Assembly: GCA_012295275.1 (NCBI GenBank)
Contig: CM022665.1
Coordinates: 2,108,001 to 2,172,000 of the forward strand
Origin: Chrysomallon squamiferum
Lineage: Eukaryota > Animalia > Mollusca
Length of the DNA stretch: 64,000 nucleotides
Direction of reading: 5' to 3'
Each line of letters opens with the position of its first letter. Positions within the stretch are counted from its first letter, which is position 1. The position numbers were made by a program, and so were the translations under genes. Shown one piece after another: positions 15,032 through 29,744 of the stretch. The notes under the pieces are model-generated. The model did not search any database. It saw only the letters and a program-made list of their open reading frames with translations, and was not told the origin of the DNA.

Positions 15032-15208
15032 GTGAAACGAGAAATGTAAATGGTAACTATTTTAATTTTAATTGTCTCTTCGGTTAGACTCGTTGGAGCC
15101 ATGATAATATTTCTAAAAGCGCTAAATTAAATTAAATTAAATTAAATTAAAAATTGAAACAACAATAATAACAACAACAACAAATAAATACAAACAAAAG
15201 AAAAAATG

Positions 15209-15256
15209 CCTTTGATTATCGAGACTGCATGACGTCATATGTCACGTGAACAATAG
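15209..15256. promoter_or_regulatory. Compact motif cluster (TCF/LEF, full CRE, E-box, Sox-like)
   Basis: CCTTTGAT 15209-15216, ATGACGTCAT 15229-15238, GTCACGTGA 15241-15249, AACAATA 15249-15255. Confidence 0.35.
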
Positions 15257-16942
15257 ACCTACTAAAACCGTTCAGTTCTTGTTTTACGTTAGAATAGTTC
15301 TAAATGTCTTATTTAGTTAGTTAGTTATTTAGTATTATTATTATTATGGTTATTATTATTTTTATTTTTTTATTATTTTCTTTATTATTATATGTTTTAA
15401 GAGATTATAGTAACTGTGTAAAGGGTTAAACTGTTAAAATCCACCATTGTTGCGTTAGCTAAAGAATATTTTATTATTAAAATTCTTGTACTACATCTTC
15501 TTCCAGTCTAGTAAAAGATTTTATTTCAAGGTTTTATAACTCGTATATCAAATTAAAATGAAGTCGCGTACTTCGAGTCTTATTAGAAATATCAACAGTT
15601 TGAGGTTAAATGTTTTGTGTTTTGACGTTGAGAAAAGTTTGCGGAATGGACTAACTAAAGATTTTTTTTTTTTTTTTTTTTTTTTTAATATGTTTTAAAG
15701 TGTTTAGTTTCACTGAACCAGATGTTAATAAAAGTCTGAAGTGTTCTAAGTAAAAGACTGGTAAATGTTTCTGCACATATTTTAAGTGTTATGGAAACCG
15801 ACAGTTCGTGTTTTCACTGGGTGTTTAAGTACAGAAATGTGGTCACAGAAGACGTGACAAATTTGTGTGAAATATTTATACATTTGTCTATAACATTAAT
15901 ACGTATATATATATACATACATACATACATACACACATATATGTGTGTGTGTGTGTGTGTGTGTGTACGTGGGGGGTTGGTAGGTGGGTGGGTGGGTGAA
16001 CACTGTGAAATATAAAGTTCAGGTGTCTGCCTGTTGATCTGATATAATTGCCTTCTGAGTTGCAATCTGAAACGACAAACAATCAGTAAGAGATACAGCG
16101 GCAGAAATTCAATATTACTCACTTAAATTAGACTGTACAAAGTGAATTCAAGATATGAAATCCGATACAAGTGTTCAGGTACTGGGATCAGTTTTTCTCA
16201 TATTGTTCTATCAATTCAAAGGATCCCAGATTAAATCTGTAGGACGTGAATCCTCGAACTACAGTTCGACTAGAAAATATAGATAACAATTCATTATACA
16301 CTGTCTTAAACATGATTCTTACATGCACTATTTTATGGTACGAAGGAGAAAGAGCTACAAAAGTGTCATGAAATTGTTTGGGTTTTTTTTGTATTTTTTT
16401 TTTTTAGCAACTGGTTACTTTTGATGGTCCTACCTAGTTCTGCTGCTAAACCAAATTATTAAAATATCCAATAACATGTCAAAAGCTGTATTAATGGTAA
16501 ATCTGGGGTTTTCTTTGCGTTTTAGGCTTTCTTAACTAAGCAGCTTGTTAAATTAGGGTCCCTTACTCTCACCATCCCAGCTGATCTAAGCTGTATGACA
16601 TTTTGCGACTTGAAGGCAGGTGGACAACATGGCTATGACAAACTGTGTCGTTTGTTTCTCAAAGACAGGACCCATCTATCAAGCAGGATTATAGATGTCG
16701 CTCTTTAAACCATTATACACACACCGTTGTCGAAGGATTATCGTGTGCTTACGCTAAACCGAGAAAACGCCGTAAATGCAGTGCGGGACAATGGTTTCAA
16801 ATTAGTCAGAGGACTGAGTTAATATTGTTTTGTATGGTATTCTCGTTTTGTTTGCTTGTTTGTGTGTACCGGTGTCAAACGCTTATCTCAAGAAAACATT
16901 CCTCAGTACTCTACAGTTAGTCAATGTTACTTTCATTTAAAA

Positions 16943-16994
<52 letters not shown>

Positions 16995-17834
16995 ATTTAG
17001 ATTTACTATGTTTTAGGGTTTATTTAGATAAATGTCGGTTACGCTCATTTATCACATTTGTTATTGTTCTGCTTTTTATAGCAGATGCAGTCATTCAGTA
17101 ATTCAGTTACGTAAAGATATATGAAACTAAATTTTAAAATATTGATCAACTATTTTATATTCCATTTTTATGGTAGTTTTGTTGCTTATTCTGATGGGTG
17201 TTTGTTTACTTGTTTACATTAAGTATATTATTTTCCAGCGATATGTTATCAGTCATCTATGTCCACGAAATTAATGTCCCATGTTTTTTCTTATCTGACA
17301 CCTTTTTACACGTGGGATTCCGATAAATGAATAAATAAATGTTTCTTTTACACTTCAAAATACTTGTTTGAACGGTTGTTATGTGACTATTATTTATTGC
17401 TTTTCTATAAGATAATATGGAGGAGGAAACTCGATGCCAGCATGCCATTGATTGGCAGCAAATAATCTTTTACGCTCAAGAATGGACAAAAAAAAATTTA
17501 AATTTAAAAAGTTAAATAGATACCTAGAGAAAAGAAAAGAAAAGACATTTTGCTGCAAATAGCCGATTAGAACGACAGAGGAACGCCAGGACACTTTTTA
17601 GACCAGTACAGAAAACTTACATCTCCCCAGATGCAGTAAGTAAAAAGTGAAATTACTAAATCCAGTTATTGTTGTTATTAGTATTATTATTGTCATTGCA
17701 ATTACTGTGTGATTAATAATGATGATGATGATGATGATGATGATGGTGATGATGATAATGATGACGATGATAGTAGCAAGTAAAAATGATTCAGTTAGAA
17801 AACAAAATCAAATTAATTACTGATAAAAGAATGC

Positions 17835-18010
17835 AACGTAACCCGATATGATACTGTATGATTTATCAAACTGATATGATATGATTTATTTACGAATTAA
17901 TATGATGCGTGGTGATGAGAGTGTCATCACGTTACTTGATGTGATCTTTGTGCGATGCTATGAAATGCAGCGTCATTGGATGGTGCACAGTGCAATGTGC
18001 TGCGATACAG
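17835..18010. repeat. Degenerate pentanucleotide (ATGAT/GTGAT/GCGAT-like) repeat
   Basis: Recurrent, decayed atgat/gtgat/gcgat words at roughly 5-bp spacing. Confidence 0.55.
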
Positions 18011-19451
18011 AACAACACTGGAGAACAAGACAACAAACTCAGCAAAGTTAAAACAAGTGAAGAAAAGAAGAAGAAAAAAAAAAAGATACTAATTACAGTT
18101 TTATAGCCAGCTTCAAATTGGCCATTGCTAACTATTGTGGGATGCCCTTCTCACTAGGACCATCTCATTAACATCCGACAGGTATCACGAATCATGATTT
18201 ATGATACACCGAACCTAACAAAAGACGCTTAGTCTCAGAGATTCGGTTACATCCGCTCTGAAATAACCCCATTTGGCCCCATGGCTGCGAATTTTGAATT
18301 AAATCTTAACACAAGCAACTTTTAAAAAAAAAAAAAAAAAAAAAATTTAAAAAATCTTATTTTCAAATTCAGCATGTTTAAAGAGAACCGATTTTGACGC
18401 CATTGTTATAGGTTTCGTAGTGCGTTTATTTTGTCAAAGAAAAAGTGAAAAATAAATACACCAACTCGTTCTTCAGTGTGGAACAATTTATTTAGTTGCG
18501 TTTGCATCAACCTAAGAAGTGTTTCCCTTTTTCAAAAGAGAGAAGAAAGAAGTGCATTTTTTATTTACTTGAACCCCAAAACTGAAAGAAAACGGAGATA
18601 CTTTCTCGCTGTCTCTGCAGTATTCAGGAATTTGTCTCTAAAATTTATGACTGATCGACTTTAAAACAGAGGCTGACTCGCCCAGACCTTGCAGGAAAGC
18701 ATATAAGACATTAGATCCTGAAAGGGAAAAAAGAAAAGAAAAACATTAATGAAACAAAATACACGATATATTTTGTTCGAACTGCTTTTATAAAGATTTA
18801 TTAACATTTATTTGTTTACATTAAGTATATTATTTTAGAAAGTTTAGAAATAAATACTTGTCAGTTATAGATTATGAGACAATCTAATCTTGGCAAAATA
18901 TTTCGCTTAAAGACAGAACGTAATAAGGATAATAAATATGTGCTAAAATCTGCTTTGTAATTGAATTTGAGTGTTAGATAGTTTTGGTATCTTTTTAATA
19001 ATGTATAACCAATACGTTTTTTGGCTGGACAAATTGAAGATCCAAAAGACTACAATGTGTTTTCTGTCGCTTGTTAATCCTTTATTATAGAAACATGGTT
19101 TGTTTTTCTGTTCTTTTTTAACCGTATTCATTTAGCTAGCTAGCGTGTTAGTTAGTTATTTAGTTAGATAGTTAGTTAGTTAGTTAGTTAGTTAGATTAT
19201 ACAGAAAGAAATCAAGTGTCGAGTCACAGATATAAATTCATTTATAGAGAATTTTCAAAAACTGTTCATTTTAGACTTGATTTTCTTTGTATTTTTGAAT
19301 ATTTAATAAATGTGTGATATTTGGTAGAAAATTTCTTCTGCTTCAGTGAGAATTCTGTTACTGCCTCATTACATCTGAGTCACCTTGAATGATCAGATCT
19401 TCCGAGTTGGTTCTGAAACTTTAATATTAATGTTTAGTTTTTGCTGTTTAG

Positions 19452-19457
19452 ATGGAG
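19452..19457 (+). other. Candidate 6-nt microexon (ATGGAG)
   Basis: tttttgctgtttAG|ATGGAG|GTAAGT: U-rich acceptor, consensus donor, frame-preserving length. No host gene visible in the window. Confidence 0.2.
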
Positions 19458-19995
19458 GTAAGTTTTCCTATGGCTATAACCAAGCAGATCCTATTTTTTT
19501 TCTCTGTTGATATTGTTGATAAATAAATAATGATGGTTACTGGGTTTTATGTTTACATTAATCCAAGTCAAAATGTTTTAGCAGCATGACTACTAGTATT
19601 TGTAAACATAAAAAAAAAATAATAATATAAAATAAAATAAAATAAATAAATAAATGAAATAAATAAATAAATACAAAATATATTCGTATTAAAACTGATT
19701 CAGCACACAAACAAGACCAAAATTTGAAATTTTAAAATCTAAAGTCATATAAACTGAAGAAGAAAGAATCTACGTACTTGATGAAAATGTTACTTTTCAC
19801 TAATGTTTCTTCGTCGTTATCTGTGAAAGAGATTTAACTACATTATCACAGCAGGATAAAAAAGTGAATCTCGTACTGAAGAGTATTTCAATAAGCCAGT
19901 GTAACGTTAAGATCTTCTAATGCACATGATGGCGACTAATGGGCACTAGGTGAAGATTTGTCAATACGTTGAAGCTTTAAGAGCCTCATATAGAG

Positions 19996-20040
<45 letters not shown>

Positions 20041-23000
20041 CAGTGTGGCCATCTTCTGGACAGCCTTTAGGAATTTTGTATCATAAATAACTACAACTTA
20101 TAGAAAAATGTGGTTCTCTAATAAGCCGGCTCTGTTGTGCTCCAAAGGATCTCTAATTCCAGCCATTTGTTGCCTGGGTAAAGCGGAATACTAGACTCCA
20201 GAGCCAGCACTGTCAACGAGCACAGCCTTTGTGCTGGTCCTGTGTGGACGTATTTGTTGCCAGCCAAGGTTCACAAGCCAGAAACACATTCTGCGTAGTT
20301 GTCCGGACACAGCGGTTTTTCATTTACTTTCTACACAACTTCCCTTATCGGTTACCAGGCTTCAGATCTCACAGCAATGTTTACAAACGTTCACGTGAAA
20401 CTTTGCACAGACAAGAGGCAACAGTAATTTGTTCATGGGTGATATCATCGGCAAAAAAACTCAACTAATATTACACTTAGGTTTGATGTGTAATTTCTTT
20501 ATATATATATATTTATTTATTTATATAATTAACTGGTATATCAGGGTTTCAGATCCATGCACCATCGCGTGATGTGCTGTTTTCCAAGTTGATTGGTCAA
20601 CGCCAAAACGACAGGATGGACAAACTTGGAGACTGGCAGACCACGGTTCCTGAACGCGTGATCTGACCTGTCTCTCGCCCATGGTGTTCATTATTTGACC
20701 TGTCAGTATTCCCTAATTACATGACCATTCGGGGGACTGGCAAAAAAAAAAAAGAAGAAGAACAAAAAAAAGAGCAGATTATCCAGTAGTTGAGGAATTT
20801 TAACTTTTCACGCAGTTATTTTTATTCTGATTAGTTATCCACAGAATTTACACACACGCACATACCCACAAGAGAGATACTCACATAATGACTTTTGTTA
20901 TCACAAAAAAGTTTCAACTTTTTCAATGCATAATAAAAAGGCTAAACACAATCAAAAATACAGTTTAAGTATCTGTTTTATTCTGTATACATTTTTTCCT
21001 TTTAATAACAACAACCAAAAATAAAAAATTATTTGAATCCTATTAATTTTAACCCTGAGGCTATTTGTAATTTGCACTGGAAACCACATTTTATCACAGA
21101 TTATTTACAAACTGTCCAAAAGAACCGCGGACAGTTTTCATTGCGATAAAATAGATGAATTCATTTGAGTAAAAGTTTTCATTTGGAATCGCTATGAGGA
21201 AATCAAGGGCCGGTAATGTAATATGTGAAAAGGCCTGTAAGTCAGACTGATGCCATAGGGGTCATCTTTTCACTCAGAAGAAATTGCTGTTATTGGCTTC
21301 GCGATGAAAGATGTATTACTTTAAAACTTTTAGCATCATGACCCTTACGCCAAATGGCAACATGCCGTCTGAAAGCATTCGTTCATATTTCAGCTAGTCT
21401 CTTAGAAAGTACAACATTCCGAGATGTTCTACATGCTGATTAAAAAGGGAGAACACAATGCTTGGTTTTTATTTCAATCAGTTTTATTTACACAAATCGG
21501 CTTTTCCTATTACGCAGGGCAATAGCAAGATTTATTGGAGTCGCTCTGATCGTGTACGGCACGAGACCCAGCTAAAATGAGAGATATTAAAAGGCGTGAA
21601 CTCAGCACAAACAGAAGACAAACAGCATTAGAATTGCGAGTTCGCCATTTCTTTCGGTCGAATGGGTTGCCTGGGTGCGCACACAAACATACACACACAC
21701 GACCACCACTATGGAGATGGTGAGGCGATGCGATGATCCTCTATCAATTTAATTCGAACATCAATCATGTTCTGAATAGACGGCGCCGTAAAGATGACCA
21801 CTGCCAACTTAGAGATGCTTTTGTCTTCGAGTAACCAAGTCCAAAGAGAGAGAAAGAAAAAGTAATAAATAATATTAAAACATCACATAAATTTCAACAT
21901 CCTATTCGAGATACGAAATTAAAGAATTTTGCATGTTAATATTTAAATGGTACTCATTAACTGTTGAACAGATATTTATACGAAGCAGAATTAGTTCGCC
22001 AAAAATAGCATCTCTGTAACACAAATGGTTTTAAAACTGTACATTTCCAGTTACTTCTTGGTGTTTTTTTCTCCCCAGTTATTACGTAATAAATGAAGGG
22101 TAGAAGCAATTTTCGAAATGTCTGATGTAAAGATTATGCTGTAGCCTACTGCTTCTTTATACTATTGCCCTTGGTAATGTGGCATGAACAACGTAATAGA
22201 ACTTAAAAAACATCGTATAAGGAACAATTTTAATGGCTTTTTTAAAATTATATCTTAGCATAGTTAGTTGCTATGTTTGAACAATATATATATATTAGTA
22301 AGATAAGTAAACCAGTAAACATGAGATAGCTATATAACTTTTAATATTGTTTATAACAGTCATAATTAGATATTACTTTTATTACTACTATAAATTACTA
22401 TAAATAATTCTACAGTTAAGAAATGCATCTTTCAGTTTTTGATATTTCTTCAGCTTTGTTACAAAAGAAAATTTTAAAACTCTTCAGATAAATACTATAT
22501 TCACCAACTGTGTATTCATAGAATTATATATTTTTTTTTTTTTTTCAATTTACCAAGAATTTTTTTTTTGGTTAGACATGTTAATATGTATTTTTTTCAT
22601 TGTGGAATTTATATGTGCTCCAAGTAATAACAGAAAGCTGCTAATTAACTTATGCTGGTTGGCGTTATTTCAGATATGTAAAATTATAAACCAGAGAATA
22701 TATGAATGTACGTCAATCAAATATTTGAGAAAATGTAGTAAGGCTGAAGAAGCTCAACAGTTAGCGGAAGAAGACAGGGCAAAAAAGTATCATGAAAATA
22801 ACAGACCGATTCTTCTTAGGTGCTGTTAATAGATTTTTTTTTATTATTTCTTTCTCTCTTTTTTTTTTTTTTTTTTTTTTTTTCCCAGAGAAAAGCAGAT
22901 CTGGTTCTATTACGGTATCGGCCGATTTGTCTTTTTGCAGGCCCAAACTCGCCTGACAGCAGTTTAACATATTCCAGATGGAGGAATAATAGCTCACGCT

Positions 23001-23694
23001 ATCGATGCGTCTGCCTGTAATAGAAACAGTACAAGCAAGACTTCGATCTGCACTCACATTGGATAAATTCTAATAAGCCCCTACTCGAAGAGCTAATGAA
23101 TTAATGAGGTCATATGTACATTCATATTCATAAACACTACAGGTATGTTGACAGTATCCGACACTGAACGTTTTATTGAATCAACCGGTACTGAACGCCA
23201 CGGCGTAACATAACAGCCAACCTGAGACATGGCCGGGTCTAAAACTCGGAACCTGTCAATCCTCAGCCGGGCAATAAAGAATACTTTCCGTTTAGTGTTT
23301 CGCTTTGGCGTCGCGTTGTCTGCACTTTTTACGCTTTTGTTTTCTTCTAATTTGCAGCGAGCAATTTACAAAGAAAAAGAAACAGAGTGTAATGCACCAT
23401 TTGACGGGATCGTGTTGACTACAGACACCCGTTTAGATTGCTTCCTCTGACGAAAACTAATATTAAAATTTTCGACGCCATTACTTGTATACTGATCAAA
23501 ATTAGATTTGACTCATCTGATTAAAAAAAGAAAAATAATAATAATAATAAAAAATAATGAAAAAGCGCATACTCATAAACACGTAGACTAACTTGTAGTC
23601 AAAGCATTTTGCTCCATACTAAATATGGAAGAACATTCTCAAGTTCACAAATTTAATATACAGCATGATTTATTGCTGTTATCTTTTGTTTGTT

Positions 23695-23696
<2 letters not shown>

Positions 23697-23786
<90 letters not shown>
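23697..23786. repeat. (TC)n microsatellite, ~45 units
   Basis: Perfect dinucleotide tract. Confidence 0.98.
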
Positions 23787-23790
<4 letters not shown>

Positions 23791-25673
23791 ATCTTTTTTA
23801 TTGGCAATTCAATCCTTCACTGACGTATGTATCAACAATAAATGTGAATTTATAGAATGTATTTCACAATTATTTTCTTTCTTTTCTTTTTCTTTCTTTT
23901 TTTAAATTTAATTTTTTTTTTTTTTTTTTTTTTTTTGACAGTGCTTAAGATAAAAATCATAATTAAAAAAGACAGAACAAAAAAGATAAAATTTATTCAT
24001 GAAAAAAAATTTCTGCTCATTTTCTGTCAGACTGCTAGCAATATCTTAAGGTTTGAGCATCAGAATTAAGCATTTAATTATGAAAAATAACAACATCTTC
24101 TTTCCCACCGCCAATATTACCCTGACCTGAATGAAATAAGTCAATGTTTGTTTGACCGGAAGCAGACGATTCGAACAGACTGCGCATGTTTTCACTCACT
24201 CTCGCGACTGGCCCCCAAATGGTGTTTACCATCGTCGACAATCGGTACAGAGGCAATCAGTTTTCGTTGACAAGTGTAAATATTTGAAATCCTATACGTC
24301 GATATCAGGGAGATTAGGTATAAGGACTGGGGTTGGCCATGCAAATTTGTGGACATTTTGTTCCCGTGTCAACTACTGGTCATAGAATCCGTATCATTTT
24401 TTTTTTTTTTTTTTTTGTTTTTGTTAAGGGTCCCTTGAGATTTTATGTTCTTTCTTTTCAAAATAAATAAATAAATAAAAATAAGAGATGAAAAAAAAAA
24501 AAAAAATGTAGATATATATTTCTGGTTATAATTTCATATACCGTATTTCATGTCTGAACTGAAAGAGCTGGCAGCGAGAGACAGAAAAAAATGTCCAATT
24601 TATCAAACCACGGCCGCGCCTCGGATCGCGCCTGTCCAAGCTGACAGACTCAACTCTTGTGGCAGCGATACCATCGTAAGTGTCAATGTCGGCTGCTTGG
24701 GTCTCAACAACTGCAGCAGACGTAAATCTAAGCACTGACACTGTTGTTATATACTTCACATGTATCTTAAAACTCCGCTCATAGTTGTTTCCGATCTTTC
24801 ACAAGCAAGCCACAGCCATTTTGAATTGGCCAGCAACTGAAAAACGACCTTGAGGAAATGCTCTTCTTCGTAGAGTGTGGGGAACTTTTAAAAAAAAAAA
24901 AAAAAAAAGAGAGAGAGAGAGAGAGAAAAAAAGAGGGTTTCTAAAGTTACAGCAATGGGTAATGTTTGAGCTGTGTTGGAGGTAGGCACTATTCTTATTT
25001 TACCTGTTTTTAAAAAAAATATATAATAATAATAAAATACATGACAAAGAAAAATAGAAGAAATATTATTTCTTCAACGCCTTCTCTCATTCCTTCTTCT
25101 TCTTCTCCTTCTTCCATCTTGTCCTTTTTTCTCTTCTTTTCTCCTTGTACTTTTATATTTATTTCCTCCTCCTTTTTTCTCCTTCTCTCCTCATGCTTTT
25201 GTGTAAATATATATATATATTATGTGATAAAGAACTGTACTTCATATTAATTTTCTACAGAGCCTCTTATTATTATTATTTATTTATTTATTTCCATTGC
25301 TCTGCACCTCTCTCGTTCTCTCTGTTTCTCTAGAGCAAACAGTTTGATGTTGTGTGTTACAATGTTATTTTGTTTTTAGCAAATGACTGTTTAATAATTT
25401 ACATAATTACGATTATTATAATAATCTCGAATTTTATGTTACAAAAATTATTTGCTCATTTAATTTTGTTTTGTTTTGTTTTACTTACTTATTTATATTT
25501 ATTTATTTGTTTGTGTGTTAGTTTGGTTATTTGTTTGTATGTTTGTTTGTTTGTTTATATTTATTATTATAATGTTTTTTGCTTTTCATGTGGGTTTTTA
25601 TCAAATATTTAGTACATTTTAATATCAAATCAATACAAAATTAATTATATAAAACGTAATATTTTTTTTTACA

Positions 25674-25704
<31 letters not shown>

Positions 25705-26144
25705 ACAGAATCACGGAAGTAATTATACTGTTATATTATTATTATTTTTATTATTTTCAATATATATTAATAATAACTATAATTTTGAACGAACTCTTAT
25801 TAAACAATTTACCAATTTATCCAAAACCTTTGTTACTTGTACAGTGGCTATAAACAATAGATTTAGTTGTAAATTTACAGATGTATATGCTTAATTGAAA
25901 AGTCGGTTGGTTTGCTGAGGGTTTTCTGTGTTGGGACAGACAGTACGTTATATATGTCGACAGTCATTTTACAACAATATGTTACCGTAGTTAGCGCAAG
26001 ATTTATTACACGTAATGGTAGTTTATTCCTCTATCTGATTAGTGCATTGTTTATTAACTTTGAGTTTAGAATATAACAGATAACAGACTCACGTACATAC
26101 AGGTTATATTATTTACATACGTAGACTTAGGCGTAGGTACACAA

Positions 26145-26192
<48 letters not shown>

Positions 26193-26801
26193 ATTGCATT
26201 AAAGAGTAATAATAATAATAAAAATGTTATTAACAGCAACAACAACAACAACAAAAACAATAATAACAACAACAACAAACAACAACAATAATAATTATAA
26301 TAATAATAACAAAAGTGTATGTGTGTGTGTGTGTGTGCGTGCGTGTATATATATATATATATATATATTAGGTTAATATGTCTACGTTCCCGCTCTCAAA
26401 GCATTCAGTTCATAAAACTTCTGCTCGCTAATCTTAAGCGTATTTAGTTTCTGTGATGTTATTTATTTATTTTCGTCAACACTACTGCATTTAAATTATT
26501 TATTATTTATGTTTTATAAGCAGAATAGCATAAATTTATTAAAACTAATTCACGTTATTCAGTTTAGTTCGTGATCTATTTTATAAAACTTTAAAGCGAG
26601 TTATTTTCCCAATTTTGATGTACGAAAGCAAACTGACGTTATATCCAGGTTTGGTTTATTTTTGCGAAATCGCATTCTCTGCGTTAATTCTTGGTAATAG
26701 AGCTTTGCTTGAAAACTTAACTTTAATCTATACACATGGCGCATTATTCTTGCCATAATTTACTGTTTGTGAAATGTTTAATAATAATAGTAATGATAAT
26801 A

Positions 26802-26861
<60 letters not shown>

Positions 26862-27598
26862 GTAAATAGATAAATAAAACATTTTATTAATTAAAAATAT
26901 AAAATAAAAAAATAATCAAAGCAGATCAAATCAAATCATTAATTAAAAATATTTTTAAACAAAGTTTAATTTCTAAATTGAGATATAATCGTTATTATAA
27001 AATTTGTCAGTAATATTTATTAAAAATATGCAATTAATAAATTGTGCGAGAGTAAAATAATATTTAAAAAAAGTTATTTAACTAACGAATATGTTACTAA
27101 TATTTCATAATGCCTTTTGTTGTTATCATTATTTTAATTATGTTTGTTGTTGCTGCTGCTGTATTATTGTTATTATTATTATTGTTGTTATTATTATTAT
27201 TATTATAGGTTCATTTCATTTAAGACATTAATAAAAATACGAAATGTAAAATATATTTAGCAACTATTTTAATATTTTGGAAATATATTAATAGATCATT
27301 GTATTAAAATAATATTCATTCAACAATTTTAAATAAATAAATAAAACAAATAAAATCATAGAAATTTTTTTTTTAAATATTAACATCACAACCACCATCA
27401 GCAACAACACCATCACCATCATTGCTTCCACTACAACATTCTATTATTATTATTATTATTATTATTATCATTATTATCATCATCATCATTAATATTATTA
27501 TATTGTTGTTGCAGTTGCGAAAATAAATTAATGAGACAGTAATGAAAGGAATAATTAATAAAATGTTCCGATATTTACTGTAATTATTACGATAACTG

Positions 27599-27717
<119 letters not shown>

Positions 27718-27837
27718 TTCGGTTTTGAAAATTAAATTTGTTATTAATTTATTCAGCTGGTATTTATTTTTCTTTTCTGAATAAAATATTTTTATTCACA
27801 TTATTCCTTTTTCAGAAAAATAAAATAAAATAAATAC

Positions 27838-27893
<56 letters not shown>

Positions 27894-28244
27894 AAAAAAA
27901 AAAAAATAAAAGAATGGAAGTTACAGATTATATTAAATTTTATACTGTATCAGATATTTTTTTAGCAAACGTATTTACATATAATCAATGTTAATGAATA
28001 TGTAACTTCTGATAAATGCACATCAAAACCCAGCATTTCTGAAACAAGCAATTTTTCTTAGTATATTCTTTACATATTTCAACAGAGGAAAGAAAATGTA
28101 TATTTATGTTTTGTAATATAGAAATAAAACAGAAAAATACAGCTGTTTACTGTTATTAATTATATGTAAATACGTTTTCTTATAAGAAAAGATACATATG
28201 TTATAGTTACGATGGAAATTTATAGAATTTAATGTATGTATGTA

Positions 28245-28375
<131 letters not shown>

Positions 28376-29521
28376 TCTATATATATATATTGTTTGGAGC
28401 CGGTAATTATTATGTAATTACTCTTTTACTTAAATAAAAAATAGTATATATATATACACATATAGACACAGACACGCACAATTTTAATTTTTTTTATATT
28501 ATGATACTTATATAATTATATTCTTGTATGAATTATTTTCTTTGATTTATTAACAGAAAGTTTTATTTATTGATGGCATGGTATCTGCGGGAATAAATAC
28601 AAAACATTTATCTAAAATTATATTTGGATTGAAACAAAAATATTGAATTAGATTTTAAAATGAAATACTGTCTGGTCTGCGTTATAAATCTATAAATAGT
28701 TTTAATATTTTTTATTTCAATAGAATTCATTCCGCTTTCTTTTACTAAATTTTATTTTCTCCATCTTTTCTACTAGAACTTCTACCACTACAATTACAAA
28801 AAAAAATACATTTTCTGATTTCACTAACACAATTACAACAGCAACAACAACAACCACTACTACAACTCTTGCTACTTTATTATTATTATCATTATCATCA
28901 TCATCATTACTATTTTTATCATCATCATTACTATTATTATCATCATCAGTATCATCATCATCACTGATATCATTATTATTATTATTAATAAAATTATTCT
29001 TATTCTAAAATATATTTACAATAAATAAGATGACTTTTGACGCCCTTATCAGTTATCTATTAAGATATACTTTTTTGAAATTCGCCGTTTTCTATAAATC
29101 ACATGGAAATATAATTATCTGAAATATAAAATTTCTTCACTTACAGAACTTGAAATTGTTTTGTTGAACAAACAAAGAGATACATACGTTTCCCCGTCTT
29201 GTTTATTTCTCCTCGCCTCTGTTTGTTTTCTTTCGAAATAGCCAAGTTTGTTTTCAGTCAGCGATATCAAGCCATAGCCTGAAAAGACTCGCTTTACTAA
29301 AGAATAATTATTTCGCGCATATTTGTAAAGAATAGACGGCAAACAAAACCCCAGTCTTTTGGCAGAGAAAGCAAACAAACACTGACGTTCACAACAAAAA
29401 CGATTGGACATATTTAATCTATACTATTCACAAACTGAAAGCTGGAACAAAAAATCTGTGTTGACTTTGAAAAAGAGAACTTTCATTATCTAGATAAGAG
29501 AGAAAGACAGAAAGAAAGAAA

Positions 29522-29557
<36 letters not shown>

Positions 29558-29710
29558 CGCGTGTTTTTTTTTAAATATTTATGTTCGATTTGTTTCTTGT
29601 CAAGTGTTGCTTGTTAATTGATGCTGTCAGTTTTGACCGTTACGCTTTGGGTAGCCAGCCAGCTAGCCAGAATTTACAAGACCCGAATTTTCTTTTTCAA
29701 AACAGCCACG

Positions 29711-29744
<34 letters not shown>

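Noticed and set aside
16645-16920. ORF containing KPRKRRK...WFQ, superficially homeobox-like
   Set aside because: Only about 6 residues separate the basic arm and WFQ (a homeodomain needs about 40), and the invariant N-R-R is missing (WFQISQ).
22730-22829. Protein-like peptide AEEAQQLAEEDRAKKYHENNRPILLR (possible transposase or exon relic)
   Set aside because: Too short, no convincing splice sites and no diagnostic motif; it would need a tBLASTn/HMM hit to be supported.
23225-23275. Degenerate minus-strand tRNA/SINE head (GGTTCCGAGTTTTAGACCCGG)
   Set aside because: The B box is too degenerate, and no A box or cloverleaf could be built.
29042-29054. GCCCTTATCAGTT, complementary to the 3' half of miR-184
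   Set aside because: The seed region does not match and there is no hairpin; treated as chance.
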